This document shows, piece by piece, positions 58,697-64,000 of a DNA stretch of 64,000 bases (positions are counted from its first letter, which is position 1; each line of letters starts with the position of its first letter). A program made the translations under genes and the position numbers. The notes beneath the pieces were generated by a model. That model saw nothing but the letters and a program-made list of their open reading frames with translations, was not told the origin of the DNA and did no database searches. Origin of the DNA: the human T2T-CHM13v2.0 reference genome, Homo sapiens; NCBI RefSeq assembly GCF_009914755.1, contig NC_060931.1. One strand, 5' to 3'.

Positions 58697-59479
58697 AAAT
58701 AAGTACACAAAAAGATGCTGGACATCATTAGTCATCAGGGAAAGGCAAATCAAAACTACAATGACATACAATTTCATACCCACTAGGATGGCTGGAATAA
58801 AAAAGTCGTATAACAATAAATGTTAACAAAGATTTGGAGAGATTGTAGCACTTGTATGCTGCTCGTGGAAATATAAAATGGTACAATTATTTTGGAAAAC
58901 AATCTGGAAGTTTCTCAAATGATTTTAAATGCAGAGTTACCATATGACCTAGCAATTCCTCTTCTAGATATATACTCTAGATAAATGACAACATAGGCAC
59001 ACAGAAACTTGTGTGTGAACGTTTATAGCAGCATTCTTCATAATAGCCAAAAGGTGGAAACCACTCAAATATCCATCAGTGGACAAATGCATACACAAAA
59101 TATGCTATTTTCATACAATTAAATATTATTTGTCCATAAAAAGGAATGAAGTGCCTGTATACGCCACAATATGGATGAACCTTGGAAACATTATGCCAAG
59201 TGAAAGAAACCAGTCACAAAAGACCATGTTCCATATGATTCCATTCACATGAAAGCCTACAACAGGGAAATCTATAGGGACTAAAAGTAGATTAGCGGGG
59301 AAGGGAGAAGAGAGGATGGGTATAATTGTTAAATGATACAGGGTTTCCTTTTGAGGTGATGAAAATGTTTTAAAATTGACTGCGGTGATGATTGCACATA
59401 CATTGAATATACTAAAAGTCACTGAATTGTAAACTTTGAGTGAATTGTACAGTATATGAATTATCTCACCAAAGCTGCT
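58697..59479 (+). mobile_element. L1MB-type 3' end inserted into a MIR (MIR halves ~58620-58696 and ~59480-59602)
   Basis: L1 3' motifs; degenerate TSD aaaaaggagttaaca / aaaaatgaaattaaca; MIR resumes afterwards. Confidence 0.85.
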
Positions 59480-61361
59480 AAAAAATGAAATTAACATCTA
59501 CCTTATACTATACTGTTGTTTGAGAGCTAAAGGAAATACTGCATGGAAATATTTAGCACTATGCCTCGTAATGACACATAATAAAAATTGTCATTGCTAT
59601 TATGACCTTTTATTCTTCTATGTCTGGATTCTCTCTTCTTCTATCTCTTCTACTCCTATATTTTTCTTCACATTGTCTTATCCTGTGACACTTGTAGTCA
59701 GGATTTGCCCCTGTTGGAACTTGTCAGCAAAAGAAATGATTGTTCATGACCCTTATGATCATACTTTTACCCCAAGCACAAAATATATCTGTTTAAATTT
59801 AAATAAGACTAATAATTAGCCATATGTGGCTTCCATTGATTAAAAAGAGAAGGGAAGTTGTTTTCTAGTATATCTCTGCTTTGAATGGAATGAAGACAAT
59901 TATCTGGATTTGCATTTTATTCAGTTGTAGTACATTTTTCAGTATAATTTTTACTAAGGAAAATCTTCCAAAATTGTATGTGCCATTTTCTAGTCTTTCC
60001 ACTGTTCCTTTACATAGTAGTTATATAGTTAATTTTAATAAAAGCTATGTTGCAATTTTATAATGGCATAGCCATGCATACTCTATCTGAAAATTTTTAA
60101 AGGGAAGTAAAAATAAAATCATGACAATAGGTTCAAACATATGTATGCACATGTAGATAGTTATTTGTTATTTAAATTAATTTATGGGTTTACATTATTC
60201 AACTGATATGAAGGTTTTAAGTATCATTTAAAAAATAAGAATGATCCATAATTGCCAGTTACTAAAAGTAAATTCCAGAATTAATTTTTTTTAATTGACC
60301 ATCCCCAACTATTTAAACCTTATTAAATAGTTTGGGGAAAAACTCTGTAGTTCTGTATCAATCATTTTGTTTTTATCATGCTTAAATATCAAATATGATT
60401 TAATTACATTTTTTATTTGTATACCTTGTCTATAGTACAAACTATATAACATTAGCACTTTTTTATGTTATTCAAATAGTAGATTGAAAGTTTGTAGAAG
60501 AGTATTTATTTTAGTGGTACTAACTTATTTTAGAAGAAATAACACAATATGAAAATAAGGATTGTGTATTTTTCAGCAAGTTTATTCAATGCAGGCAATC
60601 AATCTACATCATTTTAAAACAGCGTACGCAACATGCAGCCTGCCATTTCCTGCCTTCACAGACAAAATCGCTCAGCCTCCAGGGTACTCTTTATGTCTGA
60701 GACTAGCTGCAGCCCCAAGTAATCTTCAACATGGCCTTCTGGACAACCACTACCCATCAGGTAGGGTTGTCAAAGGAGGTGAAACTCATGTGTCATTCTG
60801 GATGTTAGATGAGAATGAGTCTTAGGATTTTCATTTTTTTCTTTTCCTACTTGAATGACAGGGATGATTTATCTTACATCAAAACAGGAATGAGGTAACT
60901 ACTTTTTCATTTCTGATAAACTTGACCTAATAAAACCAAAGAATTCACCCACACTGCAGTGATCTCCAGGGATTTGTCAACTATATTATCAAGGAGGAAG
61001 TAATCTTCCAATACATACATTTGGACTATAAGTTTCAGATGAAGAGAACTAAGTCATTACCCTTCTAGAACTTAAAGCTACTCTACAGTACCTGATTTTC
61101 AGGCCGTTTACTATAAAATAAAATAACACAGTCAGTGAAATCTCTGTTCTTTGGAGCACCGTAGACAACCATGAATATAGCAGAGAATTCTCTATTTAGG
61201 CATCCTAATACAAGAATATTGACTCACTTTCCTGAGTGATCGGGTACTTTTATACTATTATATTAATGAGTACACAGCCATGCCTCTCCCTCCCCAGTTT
61301 GAGTGTCATGTAGAATATTAACAATTTTCAGAAGTTGTTACAATTTTCAGACATTGTGTTA

Positions 61362-61990
<629 letters not shown>

Positions 61991-62842
61991 AAAAGTTGTG
62001 GTTTTCTTTTTAAACCACAATTTAGCTTCTGTTTTTTTCTGTTGCCGTGGTATTTTGTTTCCATTCCAGTGGAGTCATAATGTTTTGGAATGATGAAGAA
62101 AATTCTGTGTTGTGTTTGAATGGAGAGGGACCTTTCTATTTGAAGGGCATGTAGCCATGTACTTCTGAAATAGGAGAACTAGTCACAGCGGTACTTATGT
62201 AAAATTGTCAGTGAGGATATGATTTACTTAATACACATTACAGAGGGAATAGTTAATTTACTTTAGAACAGAATATCTTACTCTTAAAAATTAGCTTACC
62301 CCCGGAAATCTTTTGAGCAATTAAATTAGGAAACCCAACATAGATCTTAAAAGAAAAATGCTGTGATTTGTCAAAAGTTTGAATTTTATATATTTACCCA
62401 AATGGCCTTTGAACAGACTACTGTGCTATTTGTAGAATTTGTGAAGGAGATTACAAGGATTTCTAAATGATACTGTTTGTAGAAATGAAATGTCATGCAG
62501 AGCTGTTTCCTAGTACATTAAATTGAACAAAAGCACAATTGCAATTTTCCAAATGATATTACTTAGTGATTTACTAGCTCTAGTCTTTGAATCCAATGTG
62601 AATGTCCTGTGGCAAATTGCTGGCTGCTAGTCTTTTTGGATAGGACATTTAATTATATGGTTCACAACTTTTAAGTTCTACTCTCCATAACCACCTCAAT
62701 GAATATTTCCTCCAGTATGTTTTACATGTGGAAAATGTGAAGAAATTCTATTTTTATCTTTCATGGTGTTTAGATTCTTTTGACTTAAGAAATGACTATA
62801 TCCAAATGGAATTTGAGATATTACTACTTTATTAAAAGGGGG

Positions 62843-63111
62843 GGCCGGGCGCAGTGGCTCATTCCTGTAATCTCAGCACTTTGAGAGGCCAAGGAGGGTG
62901 GATCACCTGAGGTCGGGAGTTCGAGACCAGCCTGACCAACATGGAGAAACCCCATCTCTACTAAAAATGCAAAATTAGCCAGGCGTGGTGATGCATGCCT
63001 GTAATCCCTGAACCTGGGAGGCGGAGATTTCGGTGAACCCATATTGCACCATTGCACTCCAGCCTGGGCGTCAAGAGCGAAACTCCATCTCAAAAAAAAA
63101 AAAAAAAAAAA
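62843..63111 (+). mobile_element. AluSp with ~35-bp internal deletion
   Basis: ggtcgggagttcgagaccagcctgaccaacatggag; junction tgtaatccc|tgaacctggg; A tail; no clear TSD. Confidence 0.93.
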
Positions 63112-64000
63112 GATAAATTTATTTTTTTTAAGTTTTGGCAAATTTATTTGGGCCTTTCACATTTGTACCAATTGGTACTTCACTACCCAGGGGCTACATG
63201 GATCAGAAGAAAGAATAAAGTGATGTAGAAGTTACTGAGGGTTTATGGAAGGCAAAAATTGCTTATTTATTTATTTGATTCCTACAGAGGGCCCAATGCT
63301 GTGACTATAGAAGATTCAATGATAGTAACTTGAAACTTGCTTTTAACAAGCTGTTACTTTCCTGTCTCTACCTACTTAACATGTTGCTGATGGGTATTAT
63401 AAAATATTGTTCTAGCTCCCAAGGCATTTTTAAAGCCCGGGATGACATGATATGTAAAAATCTTTTAGAATATAATAAGCTACTCTCTTATGCTAGACAA
63501 GCAAAAGTTAGGTGTCATTTTCATTGCATGTCTTTTTAGGTAAGAGTCATAATCTGACTGAAAGAATAAAAAGTTTCAGTTATTCACTTATGTCATTATC
63601 TCTTTCAAGAGATTCAAAGAGAAATGTATTTTTAAGAACATGGAGACTTAATGAATCATTTTTGTTTGCTTTTCAAAAGTCATTAATATTGAAGCTTTAC
63701 TTGGATATTTTGTTAATTTGGTTGTCAATATATTTTTTTTTAAAGCAACACTTTTGAATTGTATTATTTCTAATTTTCTGATTTGACATATTCAAAACAA
63801 AGCATCAATTTTTGATGGTATGAATCATTAAACCCATTCTTGATTTAAAAAAAATCAAAAGAACACTTGCCTCAATCAATATTTGTAAAAAAAATCATAT
63901 GTTGGCCTAAGTTATTAGAGCCATGTAGCATGCGGACAAATTCCTAGTGAGTTAGTCCTCTTATGAAAATCTTGATAATTTCCTTATGATCTTAATCGCA

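Overview
Repeat-rich, AT-rich human non-coding DNA (intergenic or intronic); a human-specific AluYb8 fixes the species. I find no intact protein-coding gene and no evidence for a new multi-gene system. Main contents: (1) two full-length MaLR proviruses, one carrying a nested full-length dead L1PA and an Alu; (2) solo LTRs (MST, MLT1/MSTD, MLT2, MER52, LOR1-like), about 19 Alu copies or fragments, and MIR, L2 and L1M relics; (3) three clear retrocopies: a very old, diverged cTAGE5/MIA2-like processed pseudogene with an LTR at its start codon, a 5'-truncated HERV-W processed pseudogene with a pol-env fusion, and a tailless 7SK copy. The best leads are the cTAGE-like copy (possibly a once-functional retrogene), the HERV-W copy, a ~225-codon stop-free frame in unique DNA, the all-minus orientation of the LTR elements, an (AAAGG)n expansion inside an Alu, and several templated-insertion scars. 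Family and subfamily calls rest on remembered consensus sequences, not database searches.
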